The position numbers were made by a program, and so were the translations under genes. DNA of 64,000 bases from Bacillus thermozeamaize. Lineage in GTDB: Bacteria; Bacillota; Bacilli; ZCTH02-B2. The notes beneath the pieces are model-generated. The model was given only the letters and a program-made list of their open reading frames with translations, made no database searches and had not been told where the DNA came from. The stretch spans positions 6,177-70,176 of the forward strand of contig LZRT01000085.1 in NCBI GenBank assembly GCA_002159075.1, given 5' to 3'. Below are positions 9,775 to 20,247 of the stretch, one piece after another (position 1 is the stretch's first letter; each line of letters starts with the position of its first letter).

Positions 9775-10932
9775 ATGCCTTATCCACCTTACTTTACAGA
9801 GGAACATGATGCGTTTCGGGAAGAGATCCGTCATTTTTTTGCGACAGAGGTGGCTCCATATGCGCCGCAGTGGGAGGAACAAGGGTATTTTCCGCTATCC
9901 ATCCTCCGAAGGATGGGAGAGTTAGGGTACTTGGGCTTGAGTTATCCCGTTGAGGTAGGGGGACGTGGCGGAGATTATTTCATGAGCGTCGTGATGGCAG
10001 AGGAAAAGGCGCGATGTGGCGCAGGAGGATTCGGCATGGCGATCGCCGTCCAGACCGACATGGCCACCCCGCCGATTTACCAATTTGGCACGCCTGAGCA
10101 GATCGAACGCTTTTTGAAACCGGCCATCCGTGGTGAAAAGCTGGCCTGCCTGGGCATTACCGAACCAAACCACGGTTCTGACGTGCAGTCGATCGAGACG
10201 CGTGCCTACCGCGACGGGGATGAGTGGGTGATCAACGGCAGCAAGCTGTACATCACAAATGGCCCCCGGGCCGATTTCATTACGTTGGTGGCCCGCACAT
10301 CCGATGCCCCCGGGTACAAGGGAATCAGCCTGTTTCTTGTCGAACTGGACCGGCCAGGCGTCTCGGTGGCCAAAGTGCTGGACAAGGTGGGAATGCGTTC
10401 CTCCGACACGGCGGAATTGGTGTTCGACAATGTGAGAGTTCCGCATGAAAATTTGCTCGGGGAAGAGGGCAAGGGGTTTTACCAGATTATGTGGGAACTG
10501 CAGGGAGAGCGGGTGATCAGCGCGGCCGGGTCGGTCGGTTCCGCGCAGTATGCCTTTGAGCTGGCCTGCTCATATGCCCAAGGGAGAGCGGTGGCTGGCA
10601 AACCGCTGATCCGGAATCAGGTGATCAGACACATGTTGGCAGAGATGGCGACTGAAATTGAGGCGGTCCGGCAAATGGTGTATGCCACGGCTTACCGGTT
10701 TGCACGGAAAGAAGCCACCCCTTGGGAGATTTCGATGGCCAAGCTGGCCGCTTCGCAACTGGCCCACAAGGTGATCGATCAAACGCTGCAAATCCACGGC
10801 GGAAACGGCTACACCATGGATTATCCGGTGGAGCGGATGTGGCGCGATTCCCGCCTGCCCCGGATTGGCGCCGGAACAGATGAAATCATGAAAGAGATCA
10901 TCGCCAAAGGATTGCACATCATTGAAAGATAG
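9775..10932 (+). CDS. Acyl-CoA dehydrogenase, AtuD (citronellyl-CoA dehydrogenase)-like
   Basis: 'GITEPNHGSD', 'NGSKLYITN', 'KVGMRSSDTAEL', helix-G Glu 'LQGERV'; 'MAIAVQTDMATP' recalls the AtuD segment 'VQTDMCTP'. Confidence 0.85.
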   Translation: MPYPPYFTEEHDAFREEIRHFFATEVAPYAPQWEEQGYFPLSILRRMGELGYLGLSYPVEVGGRGGDYFMSVVMAEEKARCGAGGFGMAIAVQTDMATPPIYQFGTPEQIERFLKPAIRGEKLACLGITEPNHGSDVQSIETRAYRDGDEWVINGSKLYITNGPRADFITLVARTSDAPGYKGISLFLVELDRPGVSVAKVLDKVGMRSSDTAELVFDNVRVPHENLLGEEGKGFYQIMWELQGERVISAAGSVGSAQYAFELACSYAQGRAVAGKPLIRNQVIRHMLAEMATEIEAVRQMVYATAYRFARKEATPWEISMAKLAASQLAHKVIDQTLQIHGGNGYTMDYPVERMWRDSRLPRIGAGTDEIMKEIIAKGLHIIER

Positions 10933-10979
10933 TCCTTTGTTGAAAGCGAAACTGCCGAAGATGATTGGAGTTGAGAAGC

Positions 10980-12125
10980 ATGTTTGAGTGGCTGTTTAGG
11001 GAAGAACATCAGATTTTTCGCAAAAGCGTCCGGCGGTTCCTGGAGAAGGAAATCGCGCCCCACGTCGCGGAATGGGAGCGCCAGCGCGCCTTGCCTCGTT
11101 CCGTGTTCAGGCGCTTTGGGGAAATGGGGTTTCTCGGTTTGGCTGTACCCGAACCGGCAGGCGGTGCTGGTGCCGACCCTGTGGCGGAAGCCATTTTTTA
11201 CGAAGAGCTGGGGCGTTACGGGACAGGAGGGGTGGCAGGATCTGTCGGTTATCACGCCGGCTGCGCCCTGCCATTGGTGGCTTCATATGGCGGCACGGAG
11301 CTAAAGGAGCGGTACCTGCAACCGTCCCTTCTCGGTGAGCAGCTTGGCGGACTGGCTCTGAGTGAACCGGAAAGCGGGTCCGAGCCCGGGAAAATCCGGA
11401 CGGTTGCCCGGCGGGATGGCGAGGGGTATCGCATCACTGGCGTCAAGAAATTTGTGACCAATGGCGATAGGGCAGATTGGCTGTGCGTCTCAGCGCGGAT
11501 CGAAGGCCAGGATGAGGTGAGCCTTTTTCTCGTCGACACCCGGGCTGCGGGGGTTGGTCCGAAGCGAAGCTTGCGCACGCTGGGGTGGCGTGCGGCGGGG
11601 CTGGCAGAGGTGGAGATGCATGATGTCGCAGTGCCTGCCAGCCATCTGTTAGGCGGAGAGGGCCAGGGCGAAGCGATCCTCGGCCAGTTCGCTCCGCGGG
11701 AGCAATTGATGCTGGCGCTTTTCTGCATCGGACTGGCCGACGCGGCGCTGGAGGAAACGATTGCCTACAGCAAGCAGAGAAAGCAGTTCAACCGGACCCT
11801 GAACCAGTTTCAGGTCCTGCAGCACAAGATGGTGGATATGGCCGTGGAGAGGGAAAAGGCGCGCCATTTGGCTTACCGGGCTGTCTATCTGCTGCAACAG
11901 GGGCAGGAGGCGGTGACCGTAATTTCCATGGCCAAGGCTTACGCCGGCGAAATGATCAAACAGGTGACCGATGCCGGCGTGCAAATCCATGGCGGGATGG
12001 GATATATGATGGAAACACCGATTCAAAGATATTGGCGGGATGCCCGGGCGCTGTCCATTGCCGGGGGGACGACACAGTCGGTGAGGGAGAAGCTCGCAGA
12101 GAGGCTTCAATTGACAGGGAATTGA
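10980..12125 (+). CDS. Acyl-CoA dehydrogenase (divergent)
   Basis: 'ALSEPESGSE', 'GVKKFVTNG', 'RKQFNRTL', 'QIHGGMGYM'. Confidence 0.88.
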   Translation: MFEWLFREEHQIFRKSVRRFLEKEIAPHVAEWERQRALPRSVFRRFGEMGFLGLAVPEPAGGAGADPVAEAIFYEELGRYGTGGVAGSVGYHAGCALPLVASYGGTELKERYLQPSLLGEQLGGLALSEPESGSEPGKIRTVARRDGEGYRITGVKKFVTNGDRADWLCVSARIEGQDEVSLFLVDTRAAGVGPKRSLRTLGWRAAGLAEVEMHDVAVPASHLLGGEGQGEAILGQFAPREQLMLALFCIGLADAALEETIAYSKQRKQFNRTLNQFQVLQHKMVDMAVEREKARHLAYRAVYLLQQGQEAVTVISMAKAYAGEMIKQVTDAGVQIHGGMGYMMETPIQRYWRDARALSIAGGTTQSVREKLAERLQLTGN

Positions 12126-12189
12126 TGACAGGGGATGAACCAATGGCCGGATGATGGAACGGAGGCCAACCAGAGAAGGAGGTAGCGGG

Positions 12190-13791
12190 ATGGTTCGCGA
12201 CGATGAGCAACGTGCGAGGAGACGGACGGCAACAGAAGATGCAGCAGATATGACCATTGGAAGCCTGGTCGCTGAACTGGAGGAGAAAAAGGAGCGGATC
12301 CGCCGGGAGATGGGAGGGGCGGCCGCCATCGAACGGCAGCATCAACGGGGCAAGCTGACCGCCCGGGAGCGGATATCGTTGTTGTTTGATCCGGGAACTT
12401 TTGAGGAAATGGGGATTTTGGATTATCAATTGGGGGGCGACCCGGCGAAAACGGCGGCAGACGGTGTGATCACGGGAACCGGGAAGATCCAGGGCCGTCC
12501 TGCCTGTGTGGTGGCGTATGATTTTACGGTGATGGCCGGTTCGATGGGCCGCAGTGGAGGCGTCAAGGCGGCGCGGATGCGGGAGTGGGCGATGAAACAC
12601 CGGATTCCTCTCATCTGGCTGATCGACTCAGCGGGTGCCCGCATCCAGGAGTCGGCGAATTCCCTCTTTGCCCAAACGGGAGACATCTTTTTTGAACAGG
12701 TGATGATGTCCGGCGTGATTCCCCAGGTCTGTGCGGTGATGGGTCCCGGGTTTGCCGGCACCGCGTATATTCCGGCCCTCTCCGACTTCGTGCCGATGGT
12801 CAAGGGAACCAGCTTTTTGGGGCTGGGCGGCCCGCCTTTGGTCAAGGCGGCGATTGGAGAGGAGATCAGTGAGGAAGAGCTGGGAGGGAGCCGGATCCAC
12901 TGCGAGATTTCGGGAGTCGGAGATCTGGAGGTGGAGGATGATGCGGCCTGCATCCAGGCGGTGCGGGATTACCTGAGTTACTTTCCCCTGAATTGTCAGG
13001 AGCTGCCGCCTGTCCTCCCCACAGATGATCCGATTGACCGGTCCTGTGAGCGGATCAGTGAATTAGTGCCGTTGGCCACCAACAAGCCGTTCGACATGTT
13101 GGAACTTATCCGGGAGATCGTGGATCATGGCCAGGTGTTTGAAATCAAGCCGAAGTGGGCGCGCAACATGATCACAGCGCTCGCCCGGATTGGCGGCCAT
13201 TCGGTGGGGATCGTCGCCAACCAGCCGAAATGGATGGGAGGAGCCATCGATGTCAACGCTTCGGACAAGGCGGCGAGGTTCATCAATCTCTGTGACGCGT
13301 TCAACATTCCGTTGCTGTTTCTGGTCGACACGCCTGCCTTTTTGATCGGATCGGCGGTGGAGAAGGCCGGGATCATCCGGCACGGGGCCAAATTTTTGCA
13401 CGCCACTGCCTCCGCCACGGTGCCCAAGTTTACGGTCGTCGTGCGCAAGGCGTTTGGCGCCGGATATTACGTGATGAACGGCAGGGCCTATGAGCCGGAC
13501 CTGTTTGTCGCCTATCCCAACGCCCAAATCAGTTTGATGGGTGCCGAAGGAGCGGTAAACATCATTTTTCGCCGCGAAATCGCGCAGGCAGAAGATCCGG
13601 AGGCCCGCCGCAGGGAATTGATCGAAGAGTATCGGCGCCGGATCTCGACAGATATGGTGGCCGGTGCGGCACTTGTGGATGAGATCATCAACCCGGCGGA
13701 TACCCGTCGCATCCTGGCTTCTGCCCTGGAAAGAACGCGGGGCAAACATGTGGAACGCCCCTGGAAAAGGCGCCCTGTCCTGCCGGTCTAG
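12190..13791 (+). CDS. Acyl-CoA carboxylase carboxyltransferase (beta) subunit (AtuC/MccB/PccB family)
   Basis: 'RGKLTARERI', 'DFTVMAGSMG', 'DSAGARIQE', 'GIVANQP', 'KAARFINLCDAFNIP'. Confidence 0.92.
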   Translation: MVRDDEQRARRRTATEDAADMTIGSLVAELEEKKERIRREMGGAAAIERQHQRGKLTARERISLLFDPGTFEEMGILDYQLGGDPAKTAADGVITGTGKIQGRPACVVAYDFTVMAGSMGRSGGVKAARMREWAMKHRIPLIWLIDSAGARIQESANSLFAQTGDIFFEQVMMSGVIPQVCAVMGPGFAGTAYIPALSDFVPMVKGTSFLGLGGPPLVKAAIGEEISEEELGGSRIHCEISGVGDLEVEDDAACIQAVRDYLSYFPLNCQELPPVLPTDDPIDRSCERISELVPLATNKPFDMLELIREIVDHGQVFEIKPKWARNMITALARIGGHSVGIVANQPKWMGGAIDVNASDKAARFINLCDAFNIPLLFLVDTPAFLIGSAVEKAGIIRHGAKFLHATASATVPKFTVVVRKAFGAGYYVMNGRAYEPDLFVAYPNAQISLMGAEGAVNIIFRREIAQAEDPEARRRELIEEYRRRISTDMVAGAALVDEIINPADTRRILASALERTRGKHVERPWKRRPVLPV

Positions 13792-13825
13792 CTTTCAGTG
13801 CAGTCTGAGCGAAAGGAGGGAGCGG

Positions 13826-15421
13826 ATGGTGGTGTCAAATGCAGCATTGGAAAAGAACTTGATTCAGCGCGTCTGCGTGGGGGATATCCCTGCACGTTCC
13901 GCCAACCATTTTCCGGATAAGGTGGCGATCATCGACGAAGGGCAGCGATTCACCTATCGGAAGTTTAATGATCTTGTCAATTGCCTGGGAAATGTCTTGC
14001 TCCAGCTGGGCGCCAGGCATCAGGACGTGGTGGCTGTCATGTGCCCGAATACCTGGGAGATGCTGGTGAGTTACTTTGCCTGCGCGAAGGCCGGACTGGT
14101 CGCCATGCCTGTCAACCTCGGGCTGAAGGCGCATGAGGTGGCCTACTGCTTCCACGATTCGCAGGCGAAAATCCTGATTGCGGATGGTGCCTTTGCGGAG
14201 ATGATGTCCCGTGTCATTCCGGAGTTGCCGCATTTGCAACACGTGATCTGGACCAGGGTGGAAGGTGAGCTTCCCGCTGTCGGAAAAGCGTCCCACCGGA
14301 TGGAAACGTTGCTTTCATCCGGTCAGTCCCGGGAAGTGGAAACGTTGATTGATGATCGGGATATCGTCCAGTTGCTGTACACCAGCGGAACCACTTCAAA
14401 TCCCAAAGGGGTGCTGACAAGCCATGTGGCCGTGACCATTGCGGCGCTTTCATCTGCCTTGCAAAACAAGACGGATCACACCCATGTCACCCTGTCGGTC
14501 TTGCCGCTGTTTCATTGTGCGATGCTGAACGCAGGAGCCATTCCCTTGCTGCTCGTCGGCGGCACCCTGGTCCTTGTGAAAAAGTTTGACCCGCTTCGGG
14601 TGGCTGAGCTGATTGAGCGGGAACAGGTGACCCATGTGGGATTGCTGCCGATGATGTACCAGGCGATGCTGGATCATCCTGCCACTCGTTCCCGCGTTTT
14701 TCCCTCTGTCAAGATGGCGCGGTATGCGATGACGCCCCTTCCGGAGAAGACGTTGCACGAATTGAAAAAGATGTTTCCCAACGCGGATCTGCTGCTGGGT
14801 TCCGGGCAGACCGAATTCACCCCGCCGACCACGTACCAGCGGCCGGAACACCAGTTTGTCAAGTCAGCCTCTTGGGGAGTGGCGACCCCGATGGTGCAGA
14901 TTGAGATCATGGACGAGGAAGGAAATTTGTTGCCCAGGGGTCAAATCGGCGAGATTGTCTATCGCGGGCCGCACGTGATGGAAGGCTACTTGAATCTTCC
15001 CGAGCAGACGGCTGAATCGTTCCGTTATGGATGGTTTCATAGCGGCGATTTGGCCTGGATGGACGAAGAGGGGGTGGTGTGGTTCGCGGATCGCAAGAAG
15101 GACATGATCAAGACCGGAGGGGAAAATGTGGCCTCCATTGAAGTGGAACGGTTGTTGATGGGACATCCCGCTGTGCAAGAGGCTGCCGTCATCGGCTTGC
15201 CGCATCCCTACTGGGGGGAAGCGGTGACCGCCATCGTCATGCGCAAACCGGGAGAAGAAGTGACGGAAGAAGCGCTGATCGCCTATGCCAAGGAACATTT
15301 GGCGGGGTTTAAGGTTCCGAAAAGGGTCATCTTCACTGACGAGCTTCCGAAGACCGGCACCGGAAAAATCCAGAAGCATCTGCTGAGGCAGAAATTCCAA
15401 GATCTGTACCACGAGACATGA
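13826..15421 (+). CDS. AMP-dependent acyl-CoA synthetase
   Basis: YTSGTTSNPKG, GSGQTE, 'WFHSGDL', 'KTGGENV', 'LPKTGTGKIQK'. Confidence 0.92.
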   Translation: MVVSNAALEKNLIQRVCVGDIPARSANHFPDKVAIIDEGQRFTYRKFNDLVNCLGNVLLQLGARHQDVVAVMCPNTWEMLVSYFACAKAGLVAMPVNLGLKAHEVAYCFHDSQAKILIADGAFAEMMSRVIPELPHLQHVIWTRVEGELPAVGKASHRMETLLSSGQSREVETLIDDRDIVQLLYTSGTTSNPKGVLTSHVAVTIAALSSALQNKTDHTHVTLSVLPLFHCAMLNAGAIPLLLVGGTLVLVKKFDPLRVAELIEREQVTHVGLLPMMYQAMLDHPATRSRVFPSVKMARYAMTPLPEKTLHELKKMFPNADLLLGSGQTEFTPPTTYQRPEHQFVKSASWGVATPMVQIEIMDEEGNLLPRGQIGEIVYRGPHVMEGYLNLPEQTAESFRYGWFHSGDLAWMDEEGVVWFADRKKDMIKTGGENVASIEVERLLMGHPAVQEAAVIGLPHPYWGEAVTAIVMRKPGEEVTEEALIAYAKEHLAGFKVPKRVIFTDELPKTGTGKIQKHLLRQKFQDLYHET

Positions 15422-15494
15422 CGCCATCGACGGGTTTTCCATCAGATGTTGCAAGAAATGACGAAGACAGAGCGGAAGAAGGGGGAGTGAAAAG

Positions 15495-16634
15495 ATGAGA
15501 GGAAGGCAAATCATCGCCAAAATTGGATTATTACTCTGTCTGTTATCGCTTTTATGGGTGAGTGCATGCGGAGGCGGCGGGGAACCTGCCAGTTCCCAGG
15601 ATAATTCGGGGAAGGATGATAAAAATTCCAACGGACAAGACGGCAATACGTATCGCCTGACGTATAACCTGACTTTTCCGCCCGCGGCCAACGATTGGGA
15701 GCCCAAGTATTGGGCGGCAGAGGAATACGCCCGGTTGGTCAAGGAACGGACCAACGGCCGGGTGCAAATTGACGTCTTTTACAGTAACCAGCTGGTTCCG
15801 CAAAACGAACTGCTGGACGCCCTCGCTTCCGGCACGGTGGACATGGGAGGCGCTTCTGCCTACTATGGACAGCTGGTTCCGGAGATTGACGCTATCTGGC
15901 TGCCCTTCTGGAACAAGGGAGAAGAGCACGCGATGCATGTCATGCGTGAAACCGAGGTCGGGAAAATATTTGAAAAGAGCCTGGAAGATTACGGGGCCAA
16001 GGTTTTGTTCTACTGGCCTACTGGGATGTATGCTTTGATGACCAAAGAACCTGTCCAAAGCCTGAAAGACTTGAAAGGAATAAAGATGCGCCTCGCCTTT
16101 GGCATTTGGAAGCAGTGGTATGAACAAATGGGCGTGGCCCCTGCCAATGTCGCCGCTGCTGAACAGTATGAAGCGCTGTTGAGAGGGACGATTGACGGCG
16201 TGATTTACCCGACCTACACCATTGAAACCTACAAGTTTCACGAAGTGATCGACTATCTGACGGTGCCCGGGTTCATCGATCCCACCTTGTGCTTCACGAT
16301 GATCAGCAAAGCCAAATGGGATCAACTTCCTTCGGACATCCAGCAGATTTTGCTGGAAGTGGGCCGTGAGATGGAACAGAAAGCTGCCGAAGCTTCCAAG
16401 AAATACACCGAAAATGCGATTCAGCTGGCAGAAGAAAAAGGGGTCAAGGTGAATCGCTTAAAGCCTGAGGAGTTTGAAGAATTTAGAAGGTCGGCTGAAG
16501 TGGTTTGGGAAGAATTTGCGAAACGTAATTCGAATACGCAGCGAATCGTGGAGATTCTGAAAAAAGATTTGGAGGATTGGGCGAGGGAGAATCCTGCCGC
16601 CAAGGAATGGGAGAAACGCTGGTTGGAGCAATGA
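15495..16634 (+). CDS. dctP: TRAP transporter substrate-binding lipoprotein
   Basis: Lipobox VSAC; 'VKERTNGRVQIDVFYSNQL', 'DLKGIKMR', 'YEALLRGTIDG'. Confidence 0.9.
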   Translation: MRGRQIIAKIGLLLCLLSLLWVSACGGGGEPASSQDNSGKDDKNSNGQDGNTYRLTYNLTFPPAANDWEPKYWAAEEYARLVKERTNGRVQIDVFYSNQLVPQNELLDALASGTVDMGGASAYYGQLVPEIDAIWLPFWNKGEEHAMHVMRETEVGKIFEKSLEDYGAKVLFYWPTGMYALMTKEPVQSLKDLKGIKMRLAFGIWKQWYEQMGVAPANVAAAEQYEALLRGTIDGVIYPTYTIETYKFHEVIDYLTVPGFIDPTLCFTMISKAKWDQLPSDIQQILLEVGREMEQKAAEASKKYTENAIQLAEEKGVKVNRLKPEEFEEFRRSAEVVWEEFAKRNSNTQRIVEILKKDLEDWARENPAAKEWEKRWLEQ

Positions 16635-16719
16635 GGGATCACTGAGAACCCTGATCATGCACGTGAATGGGGAGAATAAGTGGCTGACCAGGTAAGCTGC
16701 AAACCGGTTTAGGAGGAAA

Positions 16720-17244
16720 ATGATGAGAACATTCGCTCTGATTATCCGACGGCTCAATGAAGCGATGATGTGGGTGGTTGGTATATTGATTCTGATCATG
16801 GGGTTGACGCTTTTCTATGACGTAATGATGCGTTATTTTTTCAAGGCGCCAACGGCCTGGTCTTTTGATTTGGCAGGCTGGTTTACCGGGTTGTCCGCTT
16901 TTTTGGCGGGTGGCTACGCGTTGTTGAAAAAGGCTCATATCCGCGTCGATATTTTTTACCAGAAGTTTTCTCCGAGGGTACAGGGGGGGCTGGACGCTCT
17001 GACCTCTGTATTCCTCTTTCTCATCGTACTGATCCTGGTTTGGAAAGGCGGGGAGCGAACCCTGCACAACTTGAATATCGGCGCCGTAGCCAACACCGGG
17101 CTGAACATCTACATCTGGATCAAGTGGCTGATGGTACCTCTTGGAGGGGTGTTGTTGGGCTTGCAGGCCATCGTGAACCTGGTAGATGATGTATACCTCT
17201 TTATCACTGGCAGACATCTCATCGATGTGGCGGAGGATGGTTGA
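16720..17244 (+). CDS. dctQ: TRAP transporter small permease
   Basis: Four TM segments; 'YDVMMRYFF', 'HIRVDIFY'. Confidence 0.9.
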   Translation: MMRTFALIIRRLNEAMMWVVGILILIMGLTLFYDVMMRYFFKAPTAWSFDLAGWFTGLSAFLAGGYALLKKAHIRVDIFYQKFSPRVQGGLDALTSVFLFLIVLILVWKGGERTLHNLNIGAVANTGLNIYIWIKWLMVPLGGVLLGLQAIVNLVDDVYLFITGRHLIDVAEDG

Positions 17245-17246
17245 TC

Positions 17247-18563
17247 ATGACAGAAGCATGGATGATTGCGCTGATCATGTTTGGTTCACTGCTTTTGTTC
17301 CTCGCTTTGGGGGTGCCCATCGCTTTTACGATGGGCGGGCTTTCTCTGATTATCGGCTTTCTTTACTGGGGAGGATTGCCCAGCGTAGAAGCCTTTGTGC
17401 TCGGTTCTTTTGGGAAGGTGACCGAGTTTACGCTCACTGCGTTGCCCTTATATATCTTCATGGCTGCCATTCTCCAGTACAGCGACCTGGCGGATGACAT
17501 GTATGAGGCGGTTTACCGCTGGCTTGGCGGGATACGCGGCGGATTGGCGGCCGGGACGACTTTCATCTCTTCGATTTTTGCCGCGATGGTGGGGATTGCC
17601 ACCGTGGCGACAGCCACGCTGGGCATGACCGCCCGACCCTCGATGATCAAACGGGGGTATGATGAGAAGATGACCTTGGGCGTGATCATGGCTGGAGGTG
17701 CGCTAGGCATTCTCATTCCACCCAGCATCATCATGATCATTTATGCCACGGAGGCGAACGTCTCGGCAGGAGCCATGTTTATAGGCGGCATTCTCCCTGG
17801 TATTCTGGCGGCGGTGATCTTTATATTGTACGTGCTGATTCTTTGTTTTCTGAAGCCGGAAAAAGGACCCGCTTTAAGGAAGGAAGAGCGTTACACACTT
17901 AAGGAGAAAATCGCTTCACTCAAGTCGGTCATCCTGCCGCTGTTTGTCATTGTGCTGGTTCTCGGAAGCATTTACCTGGGCGTCGCCACGCCGACCGAAG
18001 CGGCCGCTGTCGGTGTGGTCGGTGCCCTGATCAGCGCGGCCATCAAGAGGAAGCTGTCCTTGGACAATTTCAAGAAAATGATTGAGATGACGGTCCGGAT
18101 CAATGCCATGGTGTTCTGGATCATTATCGGGGCGGTTGCTTACTCCCGGATAGTCACAGTCACGGGTGTAGGTGAGTGGTTCGCTTCCTTGATTACAGGC
18201 TTGGAGATCAACCGCTGGGTGATTTTGATCGGCATGCAGCTCATCTTCTTCATCTTGGGCATGCTGGTGGATCCGGCCGGGATCATCCTGATGACCGGTC
18301 CGCTCTTTTTGCCGGTGGTCACTGAGCTAGGGTTCGATCCGGTATGGTATGGCGTGATGTTCGTCATCAATATGTGCATGGCCTACATGACGCCGCCTTT
18401 TGGATTCAATCTGTTTGTCATGCGGGGCGTGGCGCCCGAAGTGCCGATCGGAACCATTTATGCTTCGGTCTGGCCGTTTGTCGGGTTGTATATCTTGGTC
18501 TTGGCGTTAGTGATGATTTTTCCGCAACTGGTGTTATGGTTGCCTTCCTTGATGCTGAAATAA
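17247..18563 (+). CDS. dctM: TRAP transporter large permease
   Basis: 'LGVPIAF', 'GGALGILIPPSI', 'ATPTEAAAVG', 'MTPPFGFNLFV'. Confidence 0.93.
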   Translation: MTEAWMIALIMFGSLLLFLALGVPIAFTMGGLSLIIGFLYWGGLPSVEAFVLGSFGKVTEFTLTALPLYIFMAAILQYSDLADDMYEAVYRWLGGIRGGLAAGTTFISSIFAAMVGIATVATATLGMTARPSMIKRGYDEKMTLGVIMAGGALGILIPPSIIMIIYATEANVSAGAMFIGGILPGILAAVIFILYVLILCFLKPEKGPALRKEERYTLKEKIASLKSVILPLFVIVLVLGSIYLGVATPTEAAAVGVVGALISAAIKRKLSLDNFKKMIEMTVRINAMVFWIIIGAVAYSRIVTVTGVGEWFASLITGLEINRWVILIGMQLIFFILGMLVDPAGIILMTGPLFLPVVTELGFDPVWYGVMFVINMCMAYMTPPFGFNLFVMRGVAPEVPIGTIYASVWPFVGLYILVLALVMIFPQLVLWLPSLMLK

Positions 18564-18670
18564 GCCTGCGCCGATACCGGGCGTCAAATGGTTTCTGGAA
18601 GCAGCATTGGCGACGAAGGACGGAACCCAGCTTTTATCAATACGGATGATGGATGGGGAGGGATGGGCCT

Positions 18671-20233
18671 GTGTTGGATCTGGGAGGGATTGGCCAATGG
18701 ATGACAAGGCGGACGGAATTGTCATCCGATAAGGTGGCGTTGATCTTTCATGGCAGTACGTTGACTTATGCGCAATTCAACCGGCGGATAAACCGGCTCG
18801 CACACGCCCTGATGAAGAGGGGTGTGAGAAAAGGGGACCGTGTGGCCTGTCTTTTGCACAATTGTCCGGAGTTTCTGGAGACCCTCTTCGCCTGTGCCAA
18901 GATCGGGACCATGTTGGTCCCCATCAACTACCGCTTGAGCCCGGAGGAAGTGAAGTTTATCTTGCAGGATTCCGGTTCCCATGTGGTGATATACCACACG
19001 ACGTTGTCCGGTTTGCTGAAGCCGATCATCCATGACACGGAAGTTCTCCATAAGATTTATCTTCCTTTTCCGCCACAGGAGGCAGTTGCAGATCTTTCGA
19101 ATGACTTGCCCGCCGCTGAGTCGTATGAAGTCATTCTCCAGTCGGAAGGGGAGAGAGAGCCTTCGCTGCCTGTATCCGAGCATGATCCTCTATTGATCAT
19201 GTACACCTCAGGCACCACGGGCTTGCCCAAGGGAGCGTTGCTCACCCATCGCAATATCACTTGGAACGCCATCAACAGTTTTCTCAATAAGGATTCCATA
19301 CAGTCAGACGATGTGATTCTGACTGTCGCTCCTCTCTTTCACATCGGCGGGCTGAGCATTCATACCCTGCCCGCTCTCTACAAAGGAGCGACAGTGGTTC
19401 TCCTGGACAAGTTCGATCCCCAAGTCGTGTTGGAAACAGTGCAGGAGTACAAAGTGTCCGTGTTGTTCCTTGTCCCTGCGATGTGGCAGGCGCTGATGAA
19501 AGTTCCGGATTTTTCCCGCTACAATCTGTCATCTCTGCGTGATTTGGTTTCGGGAGGGGCGCCGTGTCCGTTGACGGTAATCCAGTTTTTCCAGGAACGC
19601 GGGTTCCGATTTTTGGAGGGGTTCGGGATGACCGAAACGGCACCCGGCGTCATGATCCTCACCAGTGAAGATGCGGTCCGCAAAAACGGTTCGGTAGGCC
19701 GCCCGTTGATGCACGTGAGGGCGCGTATCGTGGATGAAGAGGACAGGGATGTGCCCCCGGGCGAGGTGGGGGAACTGGTCCTTCAGGGTCCCAACATCTG
19801 CGCCGGCTATTGGCACAGGCCGGAAGCCAATGAGGAAGCATTTCGTAACGGCTGGTTTCATACGGGAGATCTGGCCCGGCAGGATGAAGAGGGCTATTTC
19901 TACATCGTCGACCGGAAGAAGGACATGCTGATCTCCGGCGGGGAAAACATTTATTCCACAGAGGTGGAACAGGTGCTGTTCCGGCATCCGAAAGTGGCGG
20001 ATGTGGCGGTCATCGGCATTCCGGATGAGAAGTGGGGTGAGGTGCCGGCGGCCATTGTCGTCCTGAAACCGGGTGCGGGGCAGTTGACGATTGAAGAACT
20101 GGCCGCCCACTGTGAAGGGAAGTTGGCCAGATACAAAATTCCGAAAATGTTGAGGATTATTGAAGAGCTGCCCAGAAATGCGACGGGCAAAGTGCTCAAG
20201 CGCAAGTTGCGGGAAGAGTTGCAAACGGGATAA
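18671..20233 (+). CDS. AMP-dependent acyl-CoA synthetase (MenE/FadD-like)
   Basis: YTSGTTGLPKG, 'APLFHIGG', GFGMTE, 'WFHTGDL', 'LPRNATGKVLK'. Confidence 0.92.
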   Translation: MLDLGGIGQWMTRRTELSSDKVALIFHGSTLTYAQFNRRINRLAHALMKRGVRKGDRVACLLHNCPEFLETLFACAKIGTMLVPINYRLSPEEVKFILQDSGSHVVIYHTTLSGLLKPIIHDTEVLHKIYLPFPPQEAVADLSNDLPAAESYEVILQSEGEREPSLPVSEHDPLLIMYTSGTTGLPKGALLTHRNITWNAINSFLNKDSIQSDDVILTVAPLFHIGGLSIHTLPALYKGATVVLLDKFDPQVVLETVQEYKVSVLFLVPAMWQALMKVPDFSRYNLSSLRDLVSGGAPCPLTVIQFFQERGFRFLEGFGMTETAPGVMILTSEDAVRKNGSVGRPLMHVRARIVDEEDRDVPPGEVGELVLQGPNICAGYWHRPEANEEAFRNGWFHTGDLARQDEEGYFYIVDRKKDMLISGGENIYSTEVEQVLFRHPKVADVAVIGIPDEKWGEVPAAIVVLKPGAGQLTIEELAAHCEGKLARYKIPKMLRIIEELPRNATGKVLKRKLREELQTG

Positions 20234-20247
20234 AGGAGGATGGCAGA

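Noticed and set aside
18671..20233. menE
   Set aside because: No other men genes; generic ligase motifs only
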